NCBI GenBank assembly: GCA_036835125.1
Contig: DAITMO010000001.1
Location: 609,399 to 673,398 of the forward strand
Direction of reading: 5' to 3'
Source of the DNA: Patescibacteria group bacterium
GTDB lineage: Bacteria > Patescibacteriota > Microgenomatia > UBA8517
Length of the DNA: 64,000 nucleotides
The notes under the pieces are model-generated. The model did no database searches. It saw only the letters and a list, made by a program, of their open reading frames with translations, and was not told the DNA's origin. Each line of letters starts with the position of its first letter. Position 1 is the first letter of the stretch. Positions 20,461-30,398 of this stretch are shown here, in pieces. The position numbers were made by a program, and so were the translations under genes.

Positions 20461-23400
20461 ATGAAGAAACTGTTGTGTTTTATCGCAACCTTCTCACTGC
20501 TAACTAACACGCTTCTTGCGCCTATATCTGTTTTGGCTGAAGAATCTCCGACTCCTGAACCAACCGAAACACCAGCAGCAGAAGAAACCATTACACCAAC
20601 AGATGATCCACTTTCAACTCCAACTACTTCACTAGATATTGTTATTACAAATGAAGCAACCCCGACACCAACACCAGAAGAGACTGTTAATGAGGCAACA
20701 CCAACTGTAACATCGGAAGACATTCCTTCTCAATCTCTAGAAAGCAATCCAACTGTCCAGGGACCTCCTGACAGTGTTTCTCTAGAACCTTCTCAAACAC
20801 CAACAATGACTCCTGAACCTTCAAATGAAAATGGAACAATAAGCGCAGTAGTATTAGAAAATGAAAAAATTGATGAATCAGTACTTAATGACTTTGATTT
20901 AGACTATACAGAAGATGGAAGTGCAACAATATCAACAGATAAACTTGATTATTCTCCAACAGATACTGCAGTAATTAGTGGGACAAGTTTTGTTGCAGGC
21001 AAAACTTATACTATTAATATAACCTCATCTGATGAACCAGCAGTTGATTTTGAGGATACACTAACTGCAAATGATGAAGGAGAAATTCTTTATTCATACA
21101 CACTTGATGGAAACTACAGACCAAACTATCAAGTTAAAGTGCTAGATGGGGAGAGAGTTGTGGCCGAAACTACGTTTTTAGATCACTATGATTTCAAAGT
21201 AGAAATTAACAATGGTGATACAACAACGGTAAATAGAAATGTTACATTGAATCTAAAATGGTGGACTGTCATATTAGATCCCACACAAGCAAGATATGCT
21301 AACGACACCACAGAAAATAATGGATGTGATAATTTGGGATCTGGTGAATGGAGTGAATGGGAAACAATAACTGAAACTGGAAATAATACAGCTACTAAGT
21401 CATGGAAAATTGTATCCGGATTAGGTACAAGAAAAGTTTGTGTTGAAACCAGACATGCTTCAATTTTTGGTCACCATACATTAAGTGGTTCTGATAAAAT
21501 TGAACGCATAGCGCCCCCAGACACAACACCTCCAACAGTTGTTTCTGTCAGCTCTGATGGACAAGTGTACAATATGTATTCTCCAAATAGTTTTGATATA
21601 AAAGCTACGTTTAGTGAAAATATTGTTAACACTCCAGAAATAAATGTTTCAGGCTTCCCTTATATTGAAAATGATTGTGGAGACAGTGATGCAACCACTT
21701 TTTGTGTTACTTATACACTTTCCCCTGGCATGGAATATCCTCTTTCTGTTGGAATTTCAGGAGCATATGATGCTGCAGGAAACGTAATGACTCCTGACAC
21801 TAGTGGTCATGTGTTTTATGTTGACAACAAGCCTCCAACTATTACTTTGATTGGCTCCTCTCCAATTGATGTAGAAGCCTTTTCTTCATATTCCGATGCT
21901 GGTGCTACAGCTTTCGATACAAAAGATGGGGATTTAACCACTTCCATAGGCACCAATAATCCTGTAGATACGTCTGCGCCGGGAACATACGCAGTTACAT
22001 ATGATGTTTCGGATGCGGCTGGAAATAATGCAACCCAGGTGACAAGGATCGTGAATGTTGTTGACACAACAGCTCCTTCTGTTCCAACCCTTGTCTACCC
22101 AAGTAATGGAGCGTTTGTCCAGCCTTCTGGGTTAATACTAGATTGGTCGGACAGTACTGATCCCAGTCTACCAATTACTTATTATTATCAATCAGCATAT
22201 AGTGCAGCAGTCGGACTTAAAAATGCGCTTAGTTCACCGATCTATACTTCTGATCTTAATATCTCGCAAATAAATGCTTCAGGATCCCAAGATAATACTT
22301 ATTATTGGCAAGTTCAGGCTTGTGATTCCCAAAGTAATTGTAGTGATTGGTCTGGACCATGGGAAGTGACTATAGATGGAACATCTCCAGTCTTGTCCTC
22401 AAAGACAGTTTTTAGCGGATGGTATAACACAAATCAAATATCGGAATTTGTCTATACCGACAATCTTAGTTCTAGTCTTTCTGGAACACCGGTAACTTGT
22501 GTTATAAACACAGAGGGAACTGATCAAACATGTTCTGTATCTCCCAATGTTTGCGATGAAGCTGGAAATTGTAATACAACAACAGTAGCGTCTAACCCCG
22601 CGAACATTGACAAGACTAATCCTGTTGTAAACATAGTCACACCAGGTGATGGTAATTATGTCAAAGGATCATCTGTCTCACTAGTGGGAAATATCATCGA
22701 AAATAATCTTTTGAGATATTATTACCAAATAAAACAGATTTCAACAGGAAACATTATTACTTCAAAAACAGTATATGCCTCATCCTTAAACAACAGTACT
22801 TTTTATACATGGGACACAACTGGAGTAAATGATGGAGAGTATTTGATTCAATTAGCTGCAAGAGATCTTGCTACAAATAGAGGGATAGAGTCTGAAGATA
22901 ACATAACTGTTTATGTTGACAACACACCTCCATCCGCTCCTACATTACTAGGAGATTCCGTTATATATATGAAGCCAGGAAATGTTACTAGATCATGGCA
23001 AGCAAGTAGTTCTGATGATGTAGAAAAATACATATATAAAAGTTTTACATCAGAATTATATGCAGAAGATCCAGATTCCAGTCCAGGTTGGAGTCCATCC
23101 CCGACCATTTCTGTTCCGGGACAGTTAACGTATAGTCGTACAGATCCAACTGGAAGCAGCGAACGCACATTTTGGTGGAGAGTTGCAGCAGTTGATATGG
23201 CTGGAAACAAAACATGGAGTAATGAAATTTATAAAGTAATTGTAGATAAAACTGCTCCAACAGGAGATTGGATTAATCCAACTAATGACTCTACTGTTTC
23301 TGGAATAGTAACACTCAACTTTGTTGCACAAGATAATCTTTCTGGAGTTAAAGATGTTGTTTACAAATACAAAGCAGTAGAGGAGACTGGTTTTAGAACA

Positions 23401-24132
23401 GATGGAAATATTTCTGGAAACTCTTGGGACACAACAGGATTAACACTAGGAGATTATATTGTAAGAGCTGAAGTTACAGATAAAGCTGGAAATGTTTCTG
23501 AATTTGATATAACAGTAGGAGTTGCTGCCGTTATCTCTTCTCAAAATGCAATAGGGGTAACAGGGGGTAACATTGTTGTTACTTGGACAACTGATAGACC
23601 AACTACAAGCAGGGTGGTCTATGATACTGTAAGCCATCCAGACCTTGGGACAGGAGATAACTATGGATATGCTTTTTCAACTATTGAAGATACAAACAAG
23701 GTAACTTCTCATTCAGTTACAATCACAGGTTTGGGCACAGGTGTTACATATTACTATCGTGTAATTTCTCATGGTTCTCCAACTGCAATTGGTGGAGAAG
23801 GATATGCAATTACGCTAACCAATGCAGGACCACCTGAGGTTTCTGGTGGAACTACTGGAGTCTTGGGTACTACTACAGGAGGACTTTTGGCAGGTGCATT
23901 TCCTCAACTTGCAATTACGAGTGGTAATGAAGAAGATGTTGAAAATGAAACTGTTGAGACAGGATCTGGAAATACTAGCCCTGAACCAGAAGTATTGGGA
24001 GCTGAAACAGAAGCTTCAGAGGGGATCGGAGGATGGATTAAAACCCACATGGGACTATCCTTGGGAATTGCCACTCTTATCGGACTAATTATCTTCTTTA
24101 TCATTAAAAAATCTAAAAAGAAAAACGAATAA
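20461..24132 (+). CDS. giant secreted/surface adhesin-like protein with Ig-like and fibronectin-III-like domains and a C-terminal TM anchor
   Basis: Signal peptide MKKLLCFIATFSLLTNTLLAPISVLA, followed by a Pro/Thr/Glu-rich linker. Repeated bacterial Ig-like modules (DTTAPSVPTL, DKTNPVVNIVTPGDG, DNTPPSAPTL, DKTAPTGDW; DGDLT...VTYDVSDAAGN). An fn3-like module (VTWTTDRPTTSRVVYDT...YYYRVISHG). C-terminus ...GGWIKTHMGLSLGIATLIGLIIFFIIKKSKKKNE is a TM helix plus basic tail. No LPXTG. Confidence 0.7.
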   Translation: MKKLLCFIATFSLLTNTLLAPISVLAEESPTPEPTETPAAEETITPTDDPLSTPTTSLDIVITNEATPTPTPEETVNEATPTVTSEDIPSQSLESNPTVQGPPDSVSLEPSQTPTMTPEPSNENGTISAVVLENEKIDESVLNDFDLDYTEDGSATISTDKLDYSPTDTAVISGTSFVAGKTYTINITSSDEPAVDFEDTLTANDEGEILYSYTLDGNYRPNYQVKVLDGERVVAETTFLDHYDFKVEINNGDTTTVNRNVTLNLKWWTVILDPTQARYANDTTENNGCDNLGSGEWSEWETITETGNNTATKSWKIVSGLGTRKVCVETRHASIFGHHTLSGSDKIERIAPPDTTPPTVVSVSSDGQVYNMYSPNSFDIKATFSENIVNTPEINVSGFPYIENDCGDSDATTFCVTYTLSPGMEYPLSVGISGAYDAAGNVMTPDTSGHVFYVDNKPPTITLIGSSPIDVEAFSSYSDAGATAFDTKDGDLTTSIGTNNPVDTSAPGTYAVTYDVSDAAGNNATQVTRIVNVVDTTAPSVPTLVYPSNGAFVQPSGLILDWSDSTDPSLPITYYYQSAYSAAVGLKNALSSPIYTSDLNISQINASGSQDNTYYWQVQACDSQSNCSDWSGPWEVTIDGTSPVLSSKTVFSGWYNTNQISEFVYTDNLSSSLSGTPVTCVINTEGTDQTCSVSPNVCDEAGNCNTTTVASNPANIDKTNPVVNIVTPGDGNYVKGSSVSLVGNIIENNLLRYYYQIKQISTGNIITSKTVYASSLNNSTFYTWDTTGVNDGEYLIQLAARDLATNRGIESEDNITVYVDNTPPSAPTLLGDSVIYMKPGNVTRSWQASSSDDVEKYIYKSFTSELYAEDPDSSPGWSPSPTISVPGQLTYSRTDPTGSSERTFWWRVAAVDMAGNKTWSNEIYKVIVDKTAPTGDWINPTNDSTVSGIVTLNFVAQDNLSGVKDVVYKYKAVEETGFRTDGNISGNSWDTTGLTLGDYIVRAEVTDKAGNVSEFDITVGVAAVISSQNAIGVTGGNIVVTWTTDRPTTSRVVYDTVSHPDLGTGDNYGYAFSTIEDTNKVTSHSVTITGLGTGVTYYYRVISHGSPTAIGGEGYAITLTNAGPPEVSGGTTGVLGTTTGGLLAGAFPQLAITSGNEEDVENETVETGSGNTSPEPEVLGAETEASEGIGGWIKTHMGLSLGIATLIGLIIFFIIKKSKKKNE

Positions 24133-24204
24133 TTAGCTTCAATTTCTTCTTTTTTTATACCTTTTGGAGCTTGCTAAGTATATCCATTTGAGCTAGAATG
24201 ATTT

Positions 24205-24221
24205 GAGGCTAAGTTAGCCTC
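24205..24221 (+). promoter_or_regulatory. perfect 8-1-8 palindrome GAGGCTAA-g-TTAGCCTC, 30 nt upstream of the gyrA start, followed by a T6 run
   Basis: Read directly from sequence. It contains the recurring TGAGGCTAA motif. It could be an operator or a partial intrinsic terminator of the adhesin gene. Confidence 0.3.
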
Positions 24222-24250
24222 GATTGCTTTTTTAATCTTTATTAATTGAT

Positions 24251-26902
24251 ATGAATACAGATATTGGAAAAATTATACCTACAGATATTACTTCAGTTTT
24301 AAGTAAATCATACGTTGATTATGCAATGAGCGTTATTGTATCCCGTGCCCTTCCTGATGTTCGTGATGGTTTAAAACCTGTTCATAGACGCATTCTATAT
24401 GCAATGCATACAATGGGACTTCATTTCAGTACTTCTGGTACAACTAAATCTGCAAAGGTTGTTGGAGAAGTTTTAGGAAAATATCATCCACATGGAGATA
24501 CTGCTGTATATGATGCTATGGTGCGTCTAGCACAAGATTTTTCAATGAGGTACCGTCTTGTACATGGACAGGGTAACTTTGGATCTGTTGATGGAGATCC
24601 AGCAGCAGCAATGAGGTACACCGAGGTCAAGCTTGCAAAACCATCAGATGCAATACTTCTTGATATAGAAAAAGACACTGTAGACTTTGTCGATACATTT
24701 GATGCCACAATGAAAGAACCGGTTTACCTTCCCTCTCTCCTTCCAAACCTTCTTCTTATGGGAAGTGAAGGAATTGCCGTTGGTATGGCTACAAAAATTC
24801 CAACTCATAATCTTACTGAGGTTGTTGATGCAGTAATTGCGGCAATTGAAATGGGACGAGTTATAAATAGTCCACAAGAAGGGGAAGAAAAAAACACACA
24901 TGAAGACCACACAGATTTTATTATTAAAAAGATTAATTTAGTTGCTGCTGGAGAGGAGAAAGAATTAACTCAAGAAGAGGTTGATCCAAGACAAATCAGT
25001 TTTGAAACAGATGCTACAATCCAAGACTTTGTTAAACTTATTCCAGGTCCAGACTTTCCTACAGGTGGAGCAATTTATGACGCTGAAAGTCTCATCGAAG
25101 TTTATTCAACAGGCCGAGGAAGGATTGTGGTTAGAGGAATTGCTGAGATAACAGAAGGGGTAAAAGGAAAACCTCAAATTGTAATAACTGAACTTCCATA
25201 TCAGGTAAACAAGGCAGAGCTGGTAGCAAAGATTGCTGAGTTGGTACGTGACAAGAAGCTTGTTGGAATAGCTGACCTTAGAGATGAATCAGATAAAGAT
25301 GGTATGAGAGTTGTTATAGACTTAAAACGAGATGCCAAGCCAAAGAGCGTATTAAATAATCTTTTTAAGCATACAAAACTTCAAACAACTTTTCCTGCAA
25401 ATTTTGTTGCCTTAGTCGATGGAACTCCTCACACATTAAACCTAAAACAAATTTTGGTTGAATATATCAAACATAGACAAAAAGTGGTCACCAGACGCAC
25501 TATTTTTGAACTAACAGAGGCAAAGAAGCGTGCACACATTTTGGAGGGCTTGAAAATCGCTTTGGATAACCTTGACGCAGTAATTAAAACTATCAGAGAA
25601 AGCAAAACTCAAGAAGAGGCAAAGGTAAATCTTATTTCAAGATTTAAACTTTCTGAAATTCAGGCGGTAGCAATACTCGATATGCAGTTAAGACGTTTAG
25701 CCGCTCTTGAGCGCGAGAAAATTGAAAAAGAGTACGAAGAGATAATGAAACTTGTGGACGCTCTAACTGCAATCTTAAAAGATCCAAAGAAGGTTCTTGA
25801 TATCATCGTTAAGGAACTAAAAGAACTTAAAGAAAAGTATGGAGATGAAAGAAAGACTAAAATTTATAAACACGCAATAGGAGAGTTTTCGGAAGAGGAT
25901 CTTGTTGCCAAAGAAGAAACTTTAATTACTGTAACTAAAACAGGTTATGTTAAAAGGCTTTCTGCAAGTGCTTATAGAGCACAAAGAAGAGGTGGTAAAG
26001 GAGTTATTGGAATGACAACAAAAGAAGAGGATGAAATAGAACACCTGGTAGATGCAACAACCCATGACACAATTCTCTTCTTTACCAATAAAGGTCGTGT
26101 TTTTGGGATAAAAGCTTGGGAAATTCCAGAAAGTAGTCGCCAAGCAAAAGGACAGGCCTTGGTAAATCTTCTTAACCTTGAACAAGGAGAGGAAATTCGT
26201 TCAATTTTACCAATGAATAAAGACTTGGGAATTAAAAATCTCATAATGGCCACCCGTACAGGAGTTATCAAAAAAACAAATATTTCAGAATTTGAAAACT
26301 TAAGAGCATCTGGGCTTATTGCAATTAAACTTAGAACCGATGATCAACTTGTTTCTGTCCATCCTACAGGAGGGGATGACCATATAATTCTTTTAACACG
26401 CGATGCAAAATCCATTCGTTTTCCAGAAGCAAATGTAAGACCAATGGGAAGGGCCACAACTGGAGTAACAGGAATAAAGCTTGAGAAAGATGATGAAATT
26501 ATTGGAATGGAAGTTTTTCCAGCAAAAGAAAATATTCCTGCAGATAAAAGAAAGAAAGTGTTCCGAGACATCTTAACAATTGCAGAAAAAGGACTTGGAA
26601 AAAGAACTCCAATTCATCTTTTCCCAGTTCAAAAAAGATCTGGTAAAGGAGTAAAAGCAGCTGTGGTGACAGACAAAACTGGCCTTCTTAAAACTGCTGT
26701 AATGGTGACTCAAAACATGGATCAAGTTGTTATAACAAGCCGTATGGGACAGGTTATAAAGCTTCCATTAAAAAATATTCCACAATTAGGACGTGCAACC
26801 CAAGGAGTTATACTTATGCGCTTTGCAGATAAAAGTGACTCTGTTGCTGCAGCGGCTACCTTGGAAAAGGGTGGAAACGATGAAGAAGAAAGTATAGAAT
26901 AA
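24251..26902 (+). CDS. gyrA: DNA gyrase subunit A
   Basis: [53 protein letters not shown], and AAMRYTE with the active-site Tyr region. Confidence 0.95.
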   Translation: MNTDIGKIIPTDITSVLSKSYVDYAMSVIVSRALPDVRDGLKPVHRRILYAMHTMGLHFSTSGTTKSAKVVGEVLGKYHPHGDTAVYDAMVRLAQDFSMRYRLVHGQGNFGSVDGDPAAAMRYTEVKLAKPSDAILLDIEKDTVDFVDTFDATMKEPVYLPSLLPNLLLMGSEGIAVGMATKIPTHNLTEVVDAVIAAIEMGRVINSPQEGEEKNTHEDHTDFIIKKINLVAAGEEKELTQEEVDPRQISFETDATIQDFVKLIPGPDFPTGGAIYDAESLIEVYSTGRGRIVVRGIAEITEGVKGKPQIVITELPYQVNKAELVAKIAELVRDKKLVGIADLRDESDKDGMRVVIDLKRDAKPKSVLNNLFKHTKLQTTFPANFVALVDGTPHTLNLKQILVEYIKHRQKVVTRRTIFELTEAKKRAHILEGLKIALDNLDAVIKTIRESKTQEEAKVNLISRFKLSEIQAVAILDMQLRRLAALEREKIEKEYEEIMKLVDALTAILKDPKKVLDIIVKELKELKEKYGDERKTKIYKHAIGEFSEEDLVAKEETLITVTKTGYVKRLSASAYRAQRRGGKGVIGMTTKEEDEIEHLVDATTHDTILFFTNKGRVFGIKAWEIPESSRQAKGQALVNLLNLEQGEEIRSILPMNKDLGIKNLIMATRTGVIKKTNISEFENLRASGLIAIKLRTDDQLVSVHPTGGDDHIILLTRDAKSIRFPEANVRPMGRATTGVTGIKLEKDDEIIGMEVFPAKENIPADKRKKVFRDILTIAEKGLGKRTPIHLFPVQKRSGKGVKAAVVTDKTGLLKTAVMVTQNMDQVVITSRMGQVIKLPLKNIPQLGRATQGVILMRFADKSDSVAAAATLEKGGNDEEESIE

Positions 26903-26906
26903 ATTT

Positions 26907-27674
26907 ATGGAAGAAAAGAAAAATATTCCTCCACAAGCTTCAAGAGTGGGTGCAGTAATAATATTTTTTATTCTTTTATTTGTTTTTGCCAAATGGGGTC
27001 CTGCAATTAATTTTTCTACCACTACACAAACAAAAGGGGAGCCTCTTGTGGTAAGTGGGGAAGGAAAAGTATATACAGCTCCTGATATAGCAAGAATTAC
27101 TCTAGGAATCACAGATTCAGGAGTATCTCTTAAAACTGTTCAGGAAAGTGTTAACAAAAAGAGTCAAACTTTAACCAATGCCATTAAAAATCTTGGGGTT
27201 GATGAAAAAGATATTAAAACAACTTCTTACAATCTTTATCCTCAATATGATTACCTGACTTCAACAACCAATAGAATTAAAGGATACCAAGTATCAACTT
27301 CATATGAGATTACTATTAGGGATGTTGATAATATCAACGATATAATTGCAGCCGCAACATTAAATGGAGCAAACATGGAAGGCTCTGTTAGTTTTGACCT
27401 GAGTGACAGTGTCAAAAAAGAGAAGCTGAACGAAGCGAGAAAGATTGCTGCCAATGAAGCAAAAGAAAAAGCTGAAGGACTTGCAAAATCAGCTGGTCTG
27501 ACTCTCGGAAAAATGATTAATATTTCAGAAAATCAAATTTCAGATATTCCAAGACCTCTTTATGCAACAAACGCTGCGGGAGCAATTGAAGATAAAGAAG
27601 CGACACTTCCAAGTATTGAGGCGGGGCAAACCGAAATAAGTGTAACTGTTAACCTCTCATACGAAATCCGTTAA
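26907..27674 (+). CDS. SIMPL/DUF541 (YggE-like) periplasmic protein
   Basis: N-terminal TM/signal, then GYQVSTSYEITIRDVDNINDIIAAATLNGANMEGSVSFDLSD...EARKIAANEAKEKAEGLAKSAGLTLGKMINISE, typical of SIMPL-domain proteins. Confidence 0.65.
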   Translation: MEEKKNIPPQASRVGAVIIFFILLFVFAKWGPAINFSTTTQTKGEPLVVSGEGKVYTAPDIARITLGITDSGVSLKTVQESVNKKSQTLTNAIKNLGVDEKDIKTTSYNLYPQYDYLTSTTNRIKGYQVSTSYEITIRDVDNINDIIAAATLNGANMEGSVSFDLSDSVKKEKLNEARKIAANEAKEKAEGLAKSAGLTLGKMINISENQISDIPRPLYATNAAGAIEDKEATLPSIEAGQTEISVTVNLSYEIR

Positions 27675-28187
27675 TTATCCAAGGAGAAGTTTATTGAAAT
27701 CATTCTGATAGAAGTAGTCGTGTGTGTTTGCATCCTTTTCAATTATCTTAATTCTTGAACCAAACTCAGACAAAAATTCCACAATCGCACTATAACTTCC
27801 AACTGGATCCTCACTATTTTGAAATACCACGACATTGTTCAAATCAACTTTCCTTAAAGCATCTTTAATAATCTCTTTATTTATTTCATTTAATCCATTT
27901 AAAGGGATTCCACAAAAAATTACTTTTCTAATCTTTTCAGGAGATTTTTGAATGAGGTAGGAAGCAGCAAGAGTACCGATAGACTTTGCAACAATATCTA
28001 CAACTCTTTTTCCAGAAATACCGTCAAGAAGGTTTGCCTTTGTTTTTGCATCAAATTTAACGCTTGGGTCATCCCAGTGTCCCCAATAAATGGGACGGAT
28101 TTCACTGTCTCCCGGAATCTGACTCGCAGTTTTTTCCAACCATTCCTTATTACTAAAAGAATATCCTGGTAAAATCAATGTAACCAT
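27675..28187 (-). CDS. small alpha/beta-hydrolase-fold protein (YdeN/RBBP9-like)
   Basis: 170 aa; nucleophile-elbow-like AKSIG and a DxxxH-type C-terminus. Weak assignment. Confidence 0.35.
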   Translation of the reverse strand: MVTLILPGYSFSNKEWLEKTASQIPGDSEIRPIYWGHWDDPSVKFDAKTKANLLDGISGKRVVDIVAKSIGTLAASYLIQKSPEKIRKVIFCGIPLNGLNEINKEIIKDALRKVDLNNVVVFQNSEDPVGSYSAIVEFLSEFGSRIKIIEKDANTHDYFYQNDFNKLLLG

Positions 28188-28221
28188 TTAAGGAACATTA
28201 TAGCAGACCTTATTGACTTAA

Positions 28222-28249
28222 TATCTTACAAATGTAGAATTATATATAT
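28222..28249 (+). promoter_or_regulatory. sigma70-like promoter TTGACT-16-TAGAAT driving the metK leader
   Basis: Hexamers read from sequence; the predicted TSS falls at the start of the riboswitch P1 strand. Confidence 0.45.
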
Positions 28250-28337
28250 ATCAAGAGAGCGGTGAGGGAATTAGCCCGTTGATCCGCCGGCAACCTTATC
28301 ATTATAGGAAGAAGGTGCCAAAGCTATTAACGATATG
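28248..28337 (+). promoter_or_regulatory. SAM-I (S-box) riboswitch in the metK 5' leader, apparently translational
   Basis: AUCAAGAGAGCGGUGAGGGAAUUAGCCCGUUGAUCCGCCGGCAACC...AAGGUGCCAAAGC matches the conserved SAM-I cores (AUCAAGAGAGG.GGAGGGA, GCCCG...CCGGCAACC, GGUGCCAA). The 3' P1 strand GAUAUG includes the metK AUG. No terminator hairpin. The P4 region is very short. Confidence 0.7.
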
Positions 28338-29393
28338 GGAAATATATTTACCAATTACTTCAAGACTTATACCGTTGAATCTGTAACAGAGGGTCATCCT
28401 GACAAAATATGTGACCAGGTTTCGGATGCCATATTAGACGAATGTCTCCTTCAGGATCCCCAAAGCAGGGTGGCTATTGAGTCTTTTGGAAGTCATGGGC
28501 TTTTTGTAATCGGGGGAGAACTAACAACACACGCAAAATTTGACACCAAACAAATTGCTGCTGGGGTTTATAAAAATATTGGTTATAAGGATAAATTAAG
28601 AATAATTACAAATATTATTAAACAATCTCCAGACATTGCTATGGGAGTAGACACTGGAGGTGCGGGTGATCAAGGAATAATGTACGGGTTTGCTACGAAC
28701 GAAACTCCAGAATATTTACCTAAAGGGGTCGCACTTGTTCATAAATTAACCCGCGGTCTTGCGAGTCTTAGACGTAACAAAAGTATTTCTTGGCTTCTAC
28801 CTGATGGAAAGGCACAAGTAACCATGCAAGGCAAAAATATTAAAACAATTTTGGTTTCAACTCAGCACAAAAAAAATATTTCCCAAAATGAAATTACCAG
28901 AGAAATTACCAACAAATTGATAAAAAGGCTAGTTGGGAACATATCTGAAATTGAAATTCTAATTAACCCCACTGGACGTTTTGAAACGGGAGGTTTTTTT
29001 GGAGATACAGGTCTAACAGGTAGAAAAATTATGGTTGATACATATGGAGGTCTTATTCCTCATGGTGGAGGATGTTTTTCGGGTAAAGACCCTACAAAAG
29101 TAGACAGAAGTGGGGCCTATATGTGTCGATTTGCCGCTAAAAACTTGGTAGCAAGGGGGTATGGAAAAAGTATTTTAGTGTCCGTTGCTTATGCAATTGG
29201 CAAAGCCGAACCATTAATGCTCACAGCAATTAATGAAAAGGGTCAAAATTTAAATTCAATTCTCAAAAAAGATTTTGATTTCAGGCCAAAGGCAATCATT
29301 GAAGAGCTCGACCTTTTAAAACCTATTTTCCAAAAATCAGCTTCATACGGTCATTTTGGAAATCCTGCTTTTCCCTGGGAAAAAATAGTTTAA
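28335..29393 (+). CDS. metK: S-adenosylmethionine synthetase
   Basis: ESVTEGHPDKICDQVSDAILD, GGAGDQGIMYGFATNETPEYLP, GGGCFSGKDPTKVDRSGAYMCR. Confidence 0.9.
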   Translation: MGNIFTNYFKTYTVESVTEGHPDKICDQVSDAILDECLLQDPQSRVAIESFGSHGLFVIGGELTTHAKFDTKQIAAGVYKNIGYKDKLRIITNIIKQSPDIAMGVDTGGAGDQGIMYGFATNETPEYLPKGVALVHKLTRGLASLRRNKSISWLLPDGKAQVTMQGKNIKTILVSTQHKKNISQNEITREITNKLIKRLVGNISEIEILINPTGRFETGGFFGDTGLTGRKIMVDTYGGLIPHGGGCFSGKDPTKVDRSGAYMCRFAAKNLVARGYGKSILVSVAYAIGKAEPLMLTAINEKGQNLNSILKKDFDFRPKAIIEELDLLKPIFQKSASYGHFGNPAFPWEKIV

Positions 29394-29396
29394 ACA

Positions 29397-30353
29397 CTAA
29401 GTTTTTCCTCCTTTTCCATGAAATGCTGAGTGGATATCGCGAAGTTGTTTATTTGTTACATGTGTATAAATTTGTGTTGTAGAAATATTTTTATGTCCAA
29501 GCATTTCCTGAACACTTCTAATGTCAGCCCCTGCCATAAGTAAGTCTGTTGCAAAACTATGGCGCATTACGTGGGGAGTCACTTCGACCGGTAGTTTCAT
29601 TTTATGGGAATACTTTTTTACCATTCTTTGAACAGATCTGACAGTTAGCCTCATTTTTTCATCAGGAGTGCCTGGAGCTGAGATTCCTTTATGGTGTATA
29701 AAAAGAGGTTTGTAATTATCGTCTCTCTCATTTAGGTACTTAATTAACCAGTCTGTGGCTCTCTGAGACATAAAGACAACGCGGGCCTTTCCACCTTTTC
29801 CAATGATTCCAAACTCACGCCTATCTAAATCCACTTTGTCACAATCAAGCTTCACAAGTTCGCTTACACGAAGTCCTGTTGAAAAAAGCATCTCAAGGAT
29901 TGCCTTGTCCCGTTTTCCTTGAATTGTTGAAAGACTGGGTGCATTTAAAAGCCTGTCTACTTGTTCGCCACTTAAGAATTTAACCTGTCTCTCTTCAACT
30001 TTCGGAATTTCAATTTTGTCAGGTGCCATAACTTGGTAATCGTTTCTGGTTAACCATTTTAAGAAACTCCTTAGGGCAATTACATGATATCCCTGAGTTC
30101 TTCTGGTCATCTGAGGCTTATTTTCACCAGGAAGATTGGAAAGATACACCCTAAAGCTTCTTACAACATCAGGATTAATATCTTTCAGTTCCTGCCTTAT
30201 ACCTTCATTACTCATCCAATTGGTAAAACGCGTTAAGTAGTGTTTGTAGTCCCGTATCGTTAGGGGAGAGGAGCCTTTCTCTATTTGGAGATATTCCAAA
30301 AACTGATCAACCTTCTTTGCTATTTCAGAAGTGTTCTTTGCAGACTCTGGCAT
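29397..30353 (-). CDS. tyrosine site-specific recombinase, XerC/XerD family
   Basis: C-terminal catalytic region HVMRHSFATDLLMAGADIRSVQEMLGHKNISTTQIYTHV (R..H..R/H..Y) and an N-terminal SAM-like domain. Confidence 0.8.
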   Translation of the reverse strand: MPESAKNTSEIAKKVDQFLEYLQIEKGSSPLTIRDYKHYLTRFTNWMSNEGIRQELKDINPDVVRSFRVYLSNLPGENKPQMTRRTQGYHVIALRSFLKWLTRNDYQVMAPDKIEIPKVEERQVKFLSGEQVDRLLNAPSLSTIQGKRDKAILEMLFSTGLRVSELVKLDCDKVDLDRREFGIIGKGGKARVVFMSQRATDWLIKYLNERDDNYKPLFIHHKGISAPGTPDEKMRLTVRSVQRMVKKYSHKMKLPVEVTPHVMRHSFATDLLMAGADIRSVQEMLGHKNISTTQIYTHVTNKQLRDIHSAFHGKGGKT

Positions 30354-30398
30354 TAATTTATATTAAACCAATAAAAATGGGGTGTCAATAATGTGCGA

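Noticed and set aside
24205-24233. Intrinsic terminator for the adhesin gene (hairpin + T6)
   Set aside because: Not discarded, but ambiguous. The 17-nt perfect palindrome has essentially no loop, the T-run starts 6 nt after it, and gyrA starts only 18 nt later. Operator and terminator readings cannot be separated from sequence alone.
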